From Candidatus Omnitrophota bacterium (GTDB lineage: Bacteria > Omnitrophota > Gorgyraeia > Zapsychrales > JANLHA01), in assembly GCA_023247795.1 (NCBI GenBank), contig JAHFFT010000002.1, positions 31,760 through 95,759 on the forward strand: 64,000 nucleotides of DNA. Direction: 5' to 3'. The notes beneath the pieces were generated by a model. It made no database searches and was not told where the DNA came from. It saw only the letters and a program-made list of their open reading frames with translations. Shown piece by piece: positions 1 through 10,243 of the stretch (position 1 is its first letter; the number at the start of each line of letters is the position of its first letter). The position numbers and the translations under genes are program-made.

Positions 1-1
1 T

Positions 2-160
2 CTTGAACACCATGCCGCGGAGATGGAAAAGGAATTGGGCCTAAGCGATCATTTCAATTTTTCTAAACCGTTGCAAAAAATTTTGCGCGTTGATGAGAAT
101 AAAGAAATTTTGATGAATGAATTTGCAAAAATCTATCATGGGTTAACAAAACAAAGTTGC
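2..160 (+). CDS. 3' end of an upstream gene running off the window (C-terminal ~52 aa, unknown product)
   Basis: Open frame from the window edge (…LEHHAAEMEKELGLSDHFNFSKPLQKILRVDENKEILMNEFAKIYHGLTKQSC*) ending at TGA 158-160, immediately upstream of the next gene. Confidence 0.35.
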
Positions 161-166
161 TGAGCA

Positions 167-982
167 ATGGACGATTTTTTAAAAAATAAAGTTGTGGTCG
201 TCACGGGAGGAGCCAGGGGGATAGGAAAGAATGTTTCCCGGGCATTTTGTCAAAACGGCGCTGTTGTTGTGATTTGTGATATCCATGAGCCATCCGCTAA
301 GCAAACCTGTTTTGAATTGCAAAAGCAAGGCCTGAAAGCGGATTATTTAAAATTGGATTTGAGTCGGGTGGGCGCCCCGCAAAAGATGTTGAAGACGGTC
401 GTGAAAACAAAAGGGCGGCTGGATGTGTTGGTTAATAATGTTCGATTCAGCGCAAAGCGAATGGCCCTTTTCGCGGAAACTCAAAAATCGTGGGCAACGG
501 AAATGGAAGAGCTGAAGACCGCTTTTTTCGCGTCGCAAGAGGCCATCCGTCATATGACCAGAGTCGGTAAAGGAAGCATTGTGAACATCAGTTCGGTTGC
601 GGCTGTTCTCACGTGTCATCAGTCTCCGGCTTATCATGCCGCGAAAGCGGGGTTGCTGCAACTGACTCGCTATTTAGCGATGGAAGGAGGCCCTTCGGGA
701 GTGCGAGTGAACGCAGTCATGCCGGGATTTATTGTTAAAGATGAAGACCGGCAGCGGTTTGAATCGGCCAATAATAAATCTTATAAAGTGAAGGCTGAAC
801 TCTGTCATCCTTTAAGACGGGTGGGGTTTTCTGATGATGTTGCTCAAGCGGTATTATTTTTAAGTTCTGACCGTGCCGCGTTTATCACGGGGCACTTTTT
901 GACGGTGGATGGCGGATTATCGTTGCAGGAACAAAGTGGTTTGGTTTTCCGTTTGACCGAAAAAAAGAAAAGGAAAGCATAA
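167..982 (+). CDS. short-chain dehydrogenase/reductase (SDR) family oxidoreductase
   Basis: N-terminal Rossmann motif VVVTGGARGIGK. Catalytic Y-x3-K (YHAAKAG). ATG start; stop overlaps the next start. Confidence 0.8.
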   Translation: MDDFLKNKVVVVTGGARGIGKNVSRAFCQNGAVVVICDIHEPSAKQTCFELQKQGLKADYLKLDLSRVGAPQKMLKTVVKTKGRLDVLVNNVRFSAKRMALFAETQKSWATEMEELKTAFFASQEAIRHMTRVGKGSIVNISSVAAVLTCHQSPAYHAAKAGLLQLTRYLAMEGGPSGVRVNAVMPGFIVKDEDRQRFESANNKSYKVKAELCHPLRRVGFSDDVAQAVLFLSSDRAAFITGHFLTVDGGLSLQEQSGLVFRLTEKKKRKA

Positions 983-1785
983 TGGATTTGGGTTTAAAAG
1001 GACAAGTAGCGCTTGTGACCGGAGCCAGTAAGGGAATAGGCAAAAATATTGCCAAGGCCTTAGCCGCGGAAGGTGTCCGCCTTGTGATCTGTTCCCGACG
1101 ACAAGTTAACTTAAAGACCGTGCAAAAGGAGTTGCGAGTCATTGGGGCAAAAGTTGAGGCCATCACGTGTGACGTTACATCGATCTCGGATGTGCGAAAA
1201 GTCATGAAATTCATTGATAAAAAATTTGGCCGTTTGGATATCCTGGTTAATAACGCGGGGGGAGTTGATCAGTTTGGAAATTTTATGGAACTTAACGAAG
1301 ATGCCTGGCTGCAGTCGTTTCAAACCAATGTGATGAGCGTTGTCCATTGTGTTCGATATGCTTTGCCATTGATCAGGAAATCTTCGAGAGGAAAGATCCT
1401 TAACATCTCTTCAATCTCAGGCGTGGAGCCGGGTTACTATAATTCGCACTATACCGCGGCAAAGGCCGCGGTCATCAATTTGACGAAAAGTTTGGCGAAT
1501 CAATTGAGTCAGGAAAACATATTGGTCAATGTCATTTGTGCCGGACCGGTGTTGAGTGATTTGTGGGACCGCAACGTCAAAAATTTGGCGGACAAATTTA
1601 ATATTTCTTTTCAAGAAGCAAAAAAGCGATTTGATCAGGAAGAATGTGCCAAGATTCCTTTGGGGCGCGTTGGTGTAGGCGAAGATATTGCCGGCCTTGC
1701 TGTATTTTTGGTTTCTAAGCAGGCGTCTTGGGTGACTGGCTCGTGTTTTCATGTCAATGGCGGTAAGTTAAGGGCCATGTGTTAG
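982..1785 (+). CDS. SDR family oxidoreductase (second paralog)
   Basis: VTGASKGIGKNIAKALAAEG Rossmann motif, NNAG, YTAAKAA catalytic motif. Start overlaps the previous stop (TAATGG), suggesting translational coupling. Confidence 0.8.
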   Translation: MDLGLKGQVALVTGASKGIGKNIAKALAAEGVRLVICSRRQVNLKTVQKELRVIGAKVEAITCDVTSISDVRKVMKFIDKKFGRLDILVNNAGGVDQFGNFMELNEDAWLQSFQTNVMSVVHCVRYALPLIRKSSRGKILNISSISGVEPGYYNSHYTAAKAAVINLTKSLANQLSQENILVNVICAGPVLSDLWDRNVKNLADKFNISFQEAKKRFDQEECAKIPLGRVGVGEDIAGLAVFLVSKQASWVTGSCFHVNGGKLRAMC

Positions 1786-1810
1786 AGATTTTCTGGGAAA
1801 GAGAAGAACA

Positions 1811-2512
1811 TTGAATTTAAAAAAATCGATCACAGTGGTTGTGCCGGCTTTGAATGAAGAGGACAACATTCAAGCGGCTATCAAGAATGTCATTGAGGCT
1901 GTTTCCGGACATTGGGATGATTATGAAGTATTGGTGATGAACGACGGCAGCACCGACCGAACGGGCGTCTTGGCCGAAGAAATGGCAAAAAATAATCCTA
2001 AGATCCGAGTCGTTCATAATGAAAGGAACTTGGGATACGGCACCTCTTACCGAAAGGCGGTCGGGCTGGCCTCAAAAGAGTATATAAGCATTTTTGCAGG
2101 TGATAATGAAATTTCCGCGATGTTTTTGCGTGATTTTCTTCCCAATCTTGGCGATGTCGATTTTGTGACTTCTTATCCATCAACGACGCATAAGCGCGTT
2201 TGGCTCCGACGGTTCCTGTCCAAAACTTTTATCAATACCATGAATTTCATTTTTAGATTGAAGCTAAGATGCTATACGGGCGCCTTTGTTTATCGGGTTT
2301 CATTGGTTCGCTCCATTCCAATCAAATCAGATGGGCTGATGCTTTTGCCGGAATGTCTTGTGCGTCTGATCAAGGCTGGACACCGTTTCCGTCAGGTCCC
2401 TTTTGAGTACATCGGACGCAAAGGAGGAAAATCAACGGCCTTGAGTTCTAAGAATCTCTTGGGGGGAGTGAGGGTACTTTTAATTCTGATGAAGGATATT
2501 TATTTTCAATAA
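1811..2512 (+). CDS. GT2 family glycosyltransferase, DPM1/GtrB/ArnC-like polyprenyl-phosphate sugar synthase (soluble ~233 aa form)
   Basis: VVVPALNEE…YEVLVMNDGSTDRTG…DGD-like acidic motif typical of GT-A fold GT2. The same architecture recurs at 3776 and 9473. TTG start in the ORF track. Confidence 0.7.
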   Translation: MNLKKSITVVVPALNEEDNIQAAIKNVIEAVSGHWDDYEVLVMNDGSTDRTGVLAEEMAKNNPKIRVVHNERNLGYGTSYRKAVGLASKEYISIFAGDNEISAMFLRDFLPNLGDVDFVTSYPSTTHKRVWLRRFLSKTFINTMNFIFRLKLRCYTGAFVYRVSLVRSIPIKSDGLMLLPECLVRLIKAGHRFRQVPFEYIGRKGGKSTALSSKNLLGGVRVLLILMKDIYFQ

Positions 2513-2524
2513 CAACCGAATGAC

Positions 2525-3751
2525 ATGAAAATAGAACTCGATATAGCGAAATTTAAAAATATCAAGTATGAGCAACGTACTCGATGCGTGATTTGTGATA
2601 CAAAGATGGCGGCTCCGGTGATCCGTCTACCGGATTTTCCCATGACCGAGATTTATTCGAGTCGGCCGATTGCTAAAAAAGTTGGTTTCCTTGATCAAAG
2701 TTTCCATTTTTGCGCCAACTGTGGACATGGGCAATTGGCGCGCGTTATTGATGTCGAGTTGCAATATGGTCAGAATTTTTCATATTTTTTTCGAACATCA
2801 GAGAGTGCCACAGCAAGAGAATCCGGCGACTTTTTTCTTGAATTTTTTAAGGGAGCTGTCGGTGATCGCCATTTTGAACATATCCTGGAGTTGGGTTGCA
2901 ATGACCTGTATGTCTTAAAAACGCTGCAATCCCAAGCTCGTCAATTGACAGGGGTGGATCCTATTCTGAAAGATAAGGAAGTGGAATTTTCGAAGGGTAA
3001 GATCAAGGTCATCGGAGATTTCTTTGAAAATATTGATTTGGACATGTCCAAAGTCGACGGGATCATTTGCAAAGATACTTTAGAACACGTCAGCGATCCT
3101 AAAGGTTTCATCAAGAAATTGGTGGCCGCGGTATCCGATGGCACGCTCTTTTTTTTTCAATTCCCTTGTTTAGAAACTTTATTGGAAGGATGTCGTTTTG
3201 ATCAAATTTTTCATCAGCACCTGAATTATTTTACATTGAAATCAATTTTTCACATGCTTAAAGGATTGGATTGTCAATTATTGGATTGGCAGATCAATCA
3301 AAATCATTGGGGGGATATTCTCATTGCGTTTCAAAAAGGGAAATCCGGGAAAAAAGTGAAGACGATTTTTGGGGATATTAAGGTCGATGAGATCCTGAGG
3401 CGATACGAGCATTTCAAACATTCTATGCGACTGACTTCGGAACGTTTGGAAGATTGGAAGAAAGAGAACATCTATGGGTATGGAGCGGCCCTGATGCTGC
3501 CGGTCTTAAAATATCATTTGGGCGGCGCGTTTTTTTATTTGCAAGGAGTCATTGACGACGATAAACGAAAAGAGGGGTTACATTACCTGAATCTTCCTAT
3601 CCGAATCATGACGTGGGAACACGTAGAAGACGTTCGGAATTCCATCGTTATGATGACCGCCATCGCGTCCATAAATAACATTCGTAATATGCTGCCTAAA
3701 TTATTTCAATTGAACCCCAAACACATTATTTTGCCACTCAATATGATTTAG
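2525..3751 (+). CDS. zinc-ribbon-containing SAM-dependent C-methyltransferase (NDP-hexose C-methyltransferase, TylC3-like)
   Basis: N-terminal CVICDTK…CANCGHGQL zinc ribbon. Class I methyltransferase motif ILELGCNDLY. ~408 aa, the size of sugar 3-C-methyltransferases. Confidence 0.55.
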   Translation: MKIELDIAKFKNIKYEQRTRCVICDTKMAAPVIRLPDFPMTEIYSSRPIAKKVGFLDQSFHFCANCGHGQLARVIDVELQYGQNFSYFFRTSESATARESGDFFLEFFKGAVGDRHFEHILELGCNDLYVLKTLQSQARQLTGVDPILKDKEVEFSKGKIKVIGDFFENIDLDMSKVDGIICKDTLEHVSDPKGFIKKLVAAVSDGTLFFFQFPCLETLLEGCRFDQIFHQHLNYFTLKSIFHMLKGLDCQLLDWQINQNHWGDILIAFQKGKSGKKVKTIFGDIKVDEILRRYEHFKHSMRLTSERLEDWKKENIYGYGAALMLPVLKYHLGGAFFYLQGVIDDDKRKEGLHYLNLPIRIMTWEHVEDVRNSIVMMTAIASINNIRNMLPKLFQLNPKHIILPLNMI

Positions 3752-3775
3752 CGAACAAACAACAGTGAGGGTTTT

Positions 3776-4480
3776 ATGGATAAGTCGGTTAGCATGGTCA
3801 TGGCGGCATTGAATGAAGAAAAGAATGTGCGGGCGGCCGTTGAGTCAGCAATCCAGTTATTAGAAGAGCATTGCCCGGATTATGAATTGTTGGTTTTCAA
3901 TGACGGGAGCACGGACAGGACCGGAGCCATCATTGATCAGTTGGCGAAATCCAATCCTCGGATAAGGGTGACTCAATATTCCGTGAATCGAGGGCTGTCC
4001 GCGAGCACGAAGGACGCAATCAAGATAGCGACAAAGAATTATCTGACGTGGTTCCCAGGAGACCATTCCATTGATAAGGACTCTATGGTTCCTATTCTGA
4101 CAAAGATCGGGCAGGCGGACATCATCGTGTCTTATATGGGCAATCCGGAAAGTCGTCCGTTTTTACGGCAAATTGTTTCCGAGACGTTTGTATGGTTGAT
4201 GAATGCCATTTTTCATTTTCGTTTGAGGTACTATAATGGCCCGACGGTCTATCCTGTTCGATTGCTCAAATCATTAACCTTAAAATCGAATGGCTACGAG
4301 TTTTATTCTGAAATCTTGATCCGCGCCCTTAGGACAGGGGCAACTTATATCGAGGTGCCTTTTACCCATAAGCCTGATCCTCAGAGCAGATCGAAAGCAT
4401 TTACTTTAAAAAATTTTATCAGTGTCGTGAAAACGACGGGCGGTTTGATCAAAGATATTTATTTTTCAAATAAGAAATAA
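3776..4480 (+). CDS. GT2 family glycosyltransferase, DPM1/GtrB-like (paralog 2)
   Basis: SMVMAALNEEKN…YELLVFNDGSTDRTG. Same domain layout as 1811..2512. Confidence 0.7.
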   Translation: MDKSVSMVMAALNEEKNVRAAVESAIQLLEEHCPDYELLVFNDGSTDRTGAIIDQLAKSNPRIRVTQYSVNRGLSASTKDAIKIATKNYLTWFPGDHSIDKDSMVPILTKIGQADIIVSYMGNPESRPFLRQIVSETFVWLMNAIFHFRLRYYNGPTVYPVRLLKSLTLKSNGYEFYSEILIRALRTGATYIEVPFTHKPDPQSRSKAFTLKNFISVVKTTGGLIKDIYFSNKK

Positions 4481-4496
4481 GGACAAAGGATGAGTG

Positions 4497-5153
4497 ATGG
4501 GTGAAATTGATTTATTAAAGAATTACCCCCAAACGAAAAGGAATTTGGAGCAGCGCCAAGAACGCAAGACGGCAGAAGACCATCGGATTGGGCGCGAATT
4601 TGCTAAGGATTATTTCGACGGTGATCGCCGTTATGGTTACGGGGGATATAAGTATCATCCGCGCTTTTGGCAGCCGGTTGTGCCGGATTTTCAAGCGCGC
4701 TACGGACTTTCGAAAGAAAGCTCAATTTTGGATGTTGGTTGTGCCAAGGGGTTTATGTTGCATGATTTTTGTGAATTGATCCCAGGGATCAAGGTTCAAG
4801 GTATTGACATCTCAGAATACGCCATCGGAAACGCGATCGATGACATGAAACCATATTTGCGAGTCGGGAACGCGAAAGAACTCCCCTTTGCCGATAAGAG
4901 TTTTGATCTTGTGATCTCGATCAATACCATACACAATTTGGCCGTTGAGGAATGCCGGTTGGCCCTCAAAGAGATCCAACGGGTTTCAAAAAGGGCCGCG
5001 TTCATTACGGTTGATGCCTATCGAAACGCGGAAGAGAAAAAGCGAATGGATATGTGGAACCTGACGGCATTAACGTATTTTTCTGTTGAAGGTTGGAAGA
5101 AATCATTCAAAGAAACGGGATATCGCGGGGACTACTATTGGTTTATTCCTTAA
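4497..5153 (+). CDS. class I SAM-dependent methyltransferase
   Basis: Motif I ILDVGCAKGFMLHDF and post-I motif DLVISINTIHNL. GTG at 4494 or ATG at 4497 as start. Confidence 0.65.
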   Translation: MGEIDLLKNYPQTKRNLEQRQERKTAEDHRIGREFAKDYFDGDRRYGYGGYKYHPRFWQPVVPDFQARYGLSKESSILDVGCAKGFMLHDFCELIPGIKVQGIDISEYAIGNAIDDMKPYLRVGNAKELPFADKSFDLVISINTIHNLAVEECRLALKEIQRVSKRAAFITVDAYRNAEEKKRMDMWNLTALTYFSVEGWKKSFKETGYRGDYYWFIP

Positions 5154-5199
5154 AGAATCTAGATTTATGATTATTAAGTTTTTTTGATGAGGACGTGGG

Positions 5200-6234
5200 A
5201 TGTTGAAAACAAAAGCAGCCATCTTATATCAGTTAAACCGGCCACTTCGGGTTGAAGAAATCATTGTTCCGGATTTAAAGAATGGGCAGGTGTTGGTCAA
5301 GATGTTGGCCTGCGGACTTTGCCGTAGTCAATTGAATGAAATCAAGGGTTATAAGGGCGAAGATCCTTTTCTTCCGCACTTGCTGGGCCACGAAGGATCA
5401 GGGGAGGTGATCAAGACCGGAGGGGGAGTCACCAAAGTTAGAAAAGGGGATCGGGTTGTTCTATCGTGGATTAAAGGTCAAGGATGCGATATCCCATCAA
5501 CCATCTATCTTCAAGGGCAAAAAAGGATCAATTCGGGGGCCGTGGCTTGTTTGAGTGAGTATACGATCGCGTCAGAAAATCGTGTCGTTAAAGTATCAAA
5601 GAAAATACCGCCGATGGCGGCAGCACTTTTGGGTTGCGCGATCCCCACGGGGGCCGGGATGGTTTTAAACACATTGAAAGTGAAGAACGGCTCATCGCTG
5701 GCGGTCATTGGTGTCGGGGGAATAGGGGCGGCGGTGATCTTAGCAGCGAAGATGGCGGGTGTCCAACGGATCATCGGCATTGATATCTTGAAAAGAAAAT
5801 TGGATTTTGCAAAGTCTTTGGGGGCGACAAATGTTTTGAATGCCAGTGAGAAAACATTTTCAAGTCAACTCAATCGTTTGCGCGAAGAAGGTATTGATTA
5901 CGCGGTTGAATGCTCTGGGGCTGGACAAGCGATGGAACTTGCCTTTGCGGTGGTGAAAGATCGAGGACGGGTCGTGATCGCTGGAAACCTGAAAAAGGGA
6001 AGCAAGATTTCCATCGATCCCTTTGATTTGATCAAAGGAAAACGCATCACGGGAACTTGGGGTGGTGAAACGAATACAGATGTTGATATTCCAAAGTACG
6101 CGCGGGCTTATCTTTCCGGAAAACTTAAGCTGGATCAACTGATCACGCAGCAGTTCTGTTTGAGCGAAGTCAATCGCGCTTTTTCGGTACTTGAGAAAGG
6201 CGGGGTTGGAAGGGTCATGGTTCGTTTTGAATAA
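5200..6234 (+). CDS. zinc-dependent medium-chain alcohol dehydrogenase family oxidoreductase
   Basis: GHEGSGEV zinc-ligand motif, CGLCRSQ, NAD-binding GVGGIGAAVILAAKMAG. Confidence 0.7.
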   Translation: MLKTKAAILYQLNRPLRVEEIIVPDLKNGQVLVKMLACGLCRSQLNEIKGYKGEDPFLPHLLGHEGSGEVIKTGGGVTKVRKGDRVVLSWIKGQGCDIPSTIYLQGQKRINSGAVACLSEYTIASENRVVKVSKKIPPMAAALLGCAIPTGAGMVLNTLKVKNGSSLAVIGVGGIGAAVILAAKMAGVQRIIGIDILKRKLDFAKSLGATNVLNASEKTFSSQLNRLREEGIDYAVECSGAGQAMELAFAVVKDRGRVVIAGNLKKGSKISIDPFDLIKGKRITGTWGGETNTDVDIPKYARAYLSGKLKLDQLITQQFCLSEVNRAFSVLEKGGVGRVMVRFE

Positions 6235-6295
6235 TTGCTTTGTGATGGATGCGTTCAGACATTTTCTCGACTTATAAAAATTATTTTTTGTCACC

Positions 6296-8449
6296 ATGTT
6301 AATATCGAAATCAAAAGGTTTTTCACAAGAAGTTCGGAATATTATTTTGCTTTCCATTATCGTCATTATTGAGAGCATCCAGTTTATGATTGTTGTGGGT
6401 TGCGTATATTCCTATCTACCCAGCCCTACTCCAAAATACGATTTAGTTCTTCCTTACTATCATCAGCATCTTAGATTTGAAAGAAAAATTTTATTTTATC
6501 AGGTTTTTGTCACAGCGACTATTTTCCTGCAAGTTATCGTTCTGATTATTTTCCGAAATGCAATCTCAAGCGAACAGTTGGCTAGAAAATTGTCTAAATT
6601 TTTACTGTCTGAAATTTTTGTATTATTTTTAATTGCAATCATTTTGTTTAGAATGACAACTTTTGGACAATCGACAGTTCATACCTATTTATTTTATAGT
6701 ATCCTTATTTTTAGTGGACTCATGAAGTTTTTTTGGTCTTTCTTTTGGAAAATCATCAAATCGCTTTGGGAGAAGTCTGTATATGCTCGAATGAGGATTT
6801 GGGGCATACATTATTTTGATTTTGTTGTCCCACCAATTATTTTCTTGATGTTATATATTCCTAATACCGTTCAAGCGGCATCTGTTATTTTCCGTCAGGA
6901 GAAATTTCATCATATGGATGATTTTATGTACCCTGCATGGGCGTATCTTAAAGGCGGCCTGCCCAATATTGATGTGTATAGTGAATATGGAATGGGAGTT
7001 TCCATGGTGATAGCCGAATTTTCCAGGATGTTGGGAGGGTTGAATTATGAAAATTTTATTTCCGCGCTTGTTTGGTTGGCGTCTTTTTATTTTATCATTT
7101 ATTATTTTTTTCTGAGGGTGTGGTTTCGAGACGCGTTTTTAGCCACCTTAGGGGTGCTGTTAGCGTTTAAATGCGTTATGTTTGAAAAATTATCGGGAAC
7201 ATATGTTGGTGATGTTTTAATCTGGAGATATCCTTCATCGTCGGTCATTCGATATTTATTTGATGGAGCATTTTTTTTGTTGTTGTTACTTCATAATCGG
7301 TATCATAAGAGATGGCTTCTTATCTTTGCGCTTGTGATCAATGGTATGGCAATATTTTATTTTACAGATACCGGAATTTATCTTTTACTTGCAGCGTATT
7401 CATACATTTTTGTCATGGCATTGGCGTCTTTTCAGTGGGGATTAATAGCTAGAAATCTTGGTAAGACTTTGGTTTGGCTTTTTGGATGTTTATTGCTCCC
7501 TTGGGTCACTTTTATTTCCATATTATGGTTTTTTGTTAAGTCGCAGGTACTGATGAAGCCCTTTTGGTCGAATTTGGTGGAGAGAATAAGTTACATATCT
7601 TCTCTGGGGTTTTCGGAAACGCCCATTTATTATAGTTTAGAGCAAAGGTATTTTGCGGCTTTCTGGATTGCGTTGTTAATTCCATTGAGCTATGTGTTTT
7701 CATTGCTTATTATTGGAAGCTCGTATTTTACAAAAAATCTAAAATTAAAGGATGTTCTTATTATCCCCATCTGTATCTATGGTTTAGCTCTCTATACTCA
7801 TTATGTTAATAATCCCGCCCCTACTGTCTACTTTGGCACTTGTATCCCTTTTGTCTCTATTGTTTGTTATTGGCTTAACAAACTGTTGGCGCGAGAGAAG
7901 TATTGTCGAAGGAAAAAAATCCGTTTAGTTTTGGTTGTTTTGATAGTTGCTTCTTTAGTAACTAATCAAAGGTTTTGGATGTATCCTCATCTTTGGGGGT
8001 ATGCAAAAAGTTTATTTTTAGATGGGACCGTTGCTGCAAAATCGGATTATTCATTGGATGAAGAAGATATCAATCTTATTTCAAAATTGACAGATCCTAA
8101 AGAAAAAGTCTGCATCGTTAGTAGCCGCCCCCTGGCATTCCTTATACCAAGTAACCGAAGTCCGTTTTTTTATTATACATTGTTTTATCCGGATGATTTG
8201 AATGAACTGAATTATGGGGGGCCTAGAATTCTGACCATCAATCAACTTAAAATGACACTACAGCAATTGGAGAATTCAGGGCCCAAATATGTTTTTATTG
8301 AGAAAAGATACTTTATTTATTATTATGAGATGTATCTCAAGCATTATCAAACACCTGTTGAATTAATCGTTTTACTGAGTTATTTTCACAATCACTATAA
8401 AATTTATTCTCAAGGACAGTATTTATTGGCGTTGGAGCGAGTAAATTAA
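6296..8449 (+). CDS. large polytopic integral membrane protein (717 aa), candidate glycan polymerase/GT-C-like transferase
   Basis: More than 12 strongly hydrophobic segments rich in F/I/L/Y. C-terminal ~150 aa soluble domain. Embedded in the sugar-modification cluster. No recognisable catalytic motif. Confidence 0.4.
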   Translation: MLISKSKGFSQEVRNIILLSIIVIIESIQFMIVVGCVYSYLPSPTPKYDLVLPYYHQHLRFERKILFYQVFVTATIFLQVIVLIIFRNAISSEQLARKLSKFLLSEIFVLFLIAIILFRMTTFGQSTVHTYLFYSILIFSGLMKFFWSFFWKIIKSLWEKSVYARMRIWGIHYFDFVVPPIIFLMLYIPNTVQAASVIFRQEKFHHMDDFMYPAWAYLKGGLPNIDVYSEYGMGVSMVIAEFSRMLGGLNYENFISALVWLASFYFIIYYFFLRVWFRDAFLATLGVLLAFKCVMFEKLSGTYVGDVLIWRYPSSSVIRYLFDGAFFLLLLLHNRYHKRWLLIFALVINGMAIFYFTDTGIYLLLAAYSYIFVMALASFQWGLIARNLGKTLVWLFGCLLLPWVTFISILWFFVKSQVLMKPFWSNLVERISYISSLGFSETPIYYSLEQRYFAAFWIALLIPLSYVFSLLIIGSSYFTKNLKLKDVLIIPICIYGLALYTHYVNNPAPTVYFGTCIPFVSIVCYWLNKLLAREKYCRRKKIRLVLVVLIVASLVTNQRFWMYPHLWGYAKSLFLDGTVAAKSDYSLDEEDINLISKLTDPKEKVCIVSSRPLAFLIPSNRSPFFYYTLFYPDDLNELNYGGPRILTINQLKMTLQQLENSGPKYVFIEKRYFIYYYEMYLKHYQTPVELIVLLSYFHNHYKIYSQGQYLLALERVN

Positions 8450-8535
8450 TAAGTTACAGAAGAATTTAGGGTCAGATAGTTAAAATACTGCAAGCGGCTA
8501 ATTTCGAGTGTCAAAAAAGAAATGATGACAAGAAA

Positions 8536-9426
8536 ATGAGTGATGAACGGATCATAGTGATCGGAGCAGATAGTTTGATCGGAAATGCTTTAGCCGAAAC
8601 TTTAAAACGTTCGGGGAGGACGGTCTTAGAAACAACCCGGCGGCGGGAGTTGTTATCAGAAAACAGAATTTTTTTAGATCTTGAACAAGACATTTTTTCG
8701 GTGCGGTTTCCCAGCAACATTTCAGTTGCCTTTCTTTGTGCTGCTTGTGACTCACTGGAGTATTGTCATAAAGAACCTTTGAAGACAGCGAAAATAAACG
8801 TTGAGGCGATGGTTCGATTGGCAGAGAAATTGATTAAGGCAGGTGTGTTTGTGGTCTTTTTTTCTACTAATTTGGTTTATGATGGTGCTGTGCCTTGTGT
8901 TAAAGTTGATGCCCCGGTATCTGCGCAGACCGAACATGGACGTCAGAAGGCAGAAGCGGAAAGGCAAATGTTGCCTTTGGGAAATTTAATGGCAGTTCTT
9001 CGTCTCACAAAAATTTTTGGACCGGAAACACAGTTGTTGCAGGAATGGATTTTAGCGCTGAAAAGTAAAAAAAAGATCCAACCGTTTAGAGATAAAGTCA
9101 TTTCTCCGTTGTTATTATCGACAGCCGTTCAGGTTTCCTGTCTCATGATAGAAAAACGGTTATCGGGCATTGTTCAGATTTCCAGCGATCAAGACGTGAC
9201 TTATGCGCAAATCGCCTATCGTCTTGCTCATCGAATGAGGGTCCGTCAAGATTTGGTGCAACCCGTGTTGGCAAGTGAATCCGGATTGTTTATAGAACAT
9301 CTTCCGCGGAATACAACCTTTGATACAACGCGGTTGGTTAAGGAGCTGGGGATAAGGACCCCGAAGGTTTGGTCGGTCATTGACACGGTCATTGACCAGA
9401 ATTTGGATATTTTTAAAAGAAAATGA
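8536..9426 (+). CDS. NAD(P)-dependent sugar reductase/epimerase, RmlD (dTDP-4-dehydrorhamnose reductase)-like
   Basis: N-terminal IIVIGADSLIGNAL nucleotide-binding motif. ~296 aa, size and layout of the RmlD substrate-binding family. Confidence 0.5.
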   Translation: MSDERIIVIGADSLIGNALAETLKRSGRTVLETTRRRELLSENRIFLDLEQDIFSVRFPSNISVAFLCAACDSLEYCHKEPLKTAKINVEAMVRLAEKLIKAGVFVVFFSTNLVYDGAVPCVKVDAPVSAQTEHGRQKAEAERQMLPLGNLMAVLRLTKIFGPETQLLQEWILALKSKKKIQPFRDKVISPLLLSTAVQVSCLMIEKRLSGIVQISSDQDVTYAQIAYRLAHRMRVRQDLVQPVLASESGLFIEHLPRNTTFDTTRLVKELGIRTPKVWSVIDTVIDQNLDIFKRK

Positions 9427-9472
9427 TGCGCAGAGTTGTTGACGTCTTAGTTTTCAAATTGAGGAGAGATTT

Positions 9473-10237
9473 GTGAATGTATCGTTAGGGGAATTAGAGA
9501 AAAAAAGGCAAGACATTGAAAACCTGATTGACATCACGTTTTTTATTCCATGTCTTAATGAAGAGTATAGCATCATCGCGACCCTGGACAAGCTCGTAGC
9601 GGTCGCTGAGGAGTTGAAATTAACTTTCGAATTGTTGATTTATAATGATGGTTCTACGGACCATACCAAAATGTTGGTGGAGAATTATGCCAAGGAACAT
9701 CAGGGGCTGTTTTTGCGCCTCATCAATAATGAAAAACGCAAAGGATTAGGTTATAACTATATTGACGGTGCCTTTGTAGGATTCGGTAAATATTACATGA
9801 TGGTTTGTGGGGATAATTCAGAAACTGCCGATTCCCTGAGGGAAATCATCCAGCGAAGGGGAACCGCCGATATCGTGATCCCTTATTTTGGTGAGTTGGA
9901 CACGCGTAACGTTTTTCGGAGAAATTTGTCGAAGCTATTCACGTTCATTGTCAATTCCATTGGTGGACATCACATCAAATATTACAATGGCACTGTTTTG
10001 CACGAGCGATTCAATATCATGCGCTGGCATCCATCGAGCAGCGGATTTGCCTATCAAGCGGAGATGCTCGTGATCATGTTGGGTGAACGTAAGACCTATT
10101 GCGAAGTGCAAGTCGCTAACCGTGACCGCGAGAAGGGGATTTCGCGGGCGTTTCATTTGCAGAATATATTTTCAGTGACACATAGTCTATTTCAGATCCT
10201 CTGCCGTCGAATCCGACGGGAAATTTGGCCATTGTAA
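9473..10237 (+). CDS. GT2 family glycosyltransferase, DPM1/GtrB-like (paralog 3)
   Basis: FFIPCLNEE…FELLIYNDGSTDHT. GTG start preceded by a GAGGAGAG Shine-Dalgarno sequence. Confidence 0.65.
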   Translation: MNVSLGELEKKRQDIENLIDITFFIPCLNEEYSIIATLDKLVAVAEELKLTFELLIYNDGSTDHTKMLVENYAKEHQGLFLRLINNEKRKGLGYNYIDGAFVGFGKYYMMVCGDNSETADSLREIIQRRGTADIVIPYFGELDTRNVFRRNLSKLFTFIVNSIGGHHIKYYNGTVLHERFNIMRWHPSSSGFAYQAEMLVIMLGERKTYCEVQVANRDREKGISRAFHLQNIFSVTHSLFQILCRRIRREIWPL

Positions 10238-10243
10238 AATTTT

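Noticed and set aside
6296-8449. Lower-GC appearance of the membrane-protein genes as evidence of horizontal transfer
   Set aside because: AT-richness is explained by F/I/L/Y/N codon demand of polytopic membrane proteins. Composition cannot be quantified here.
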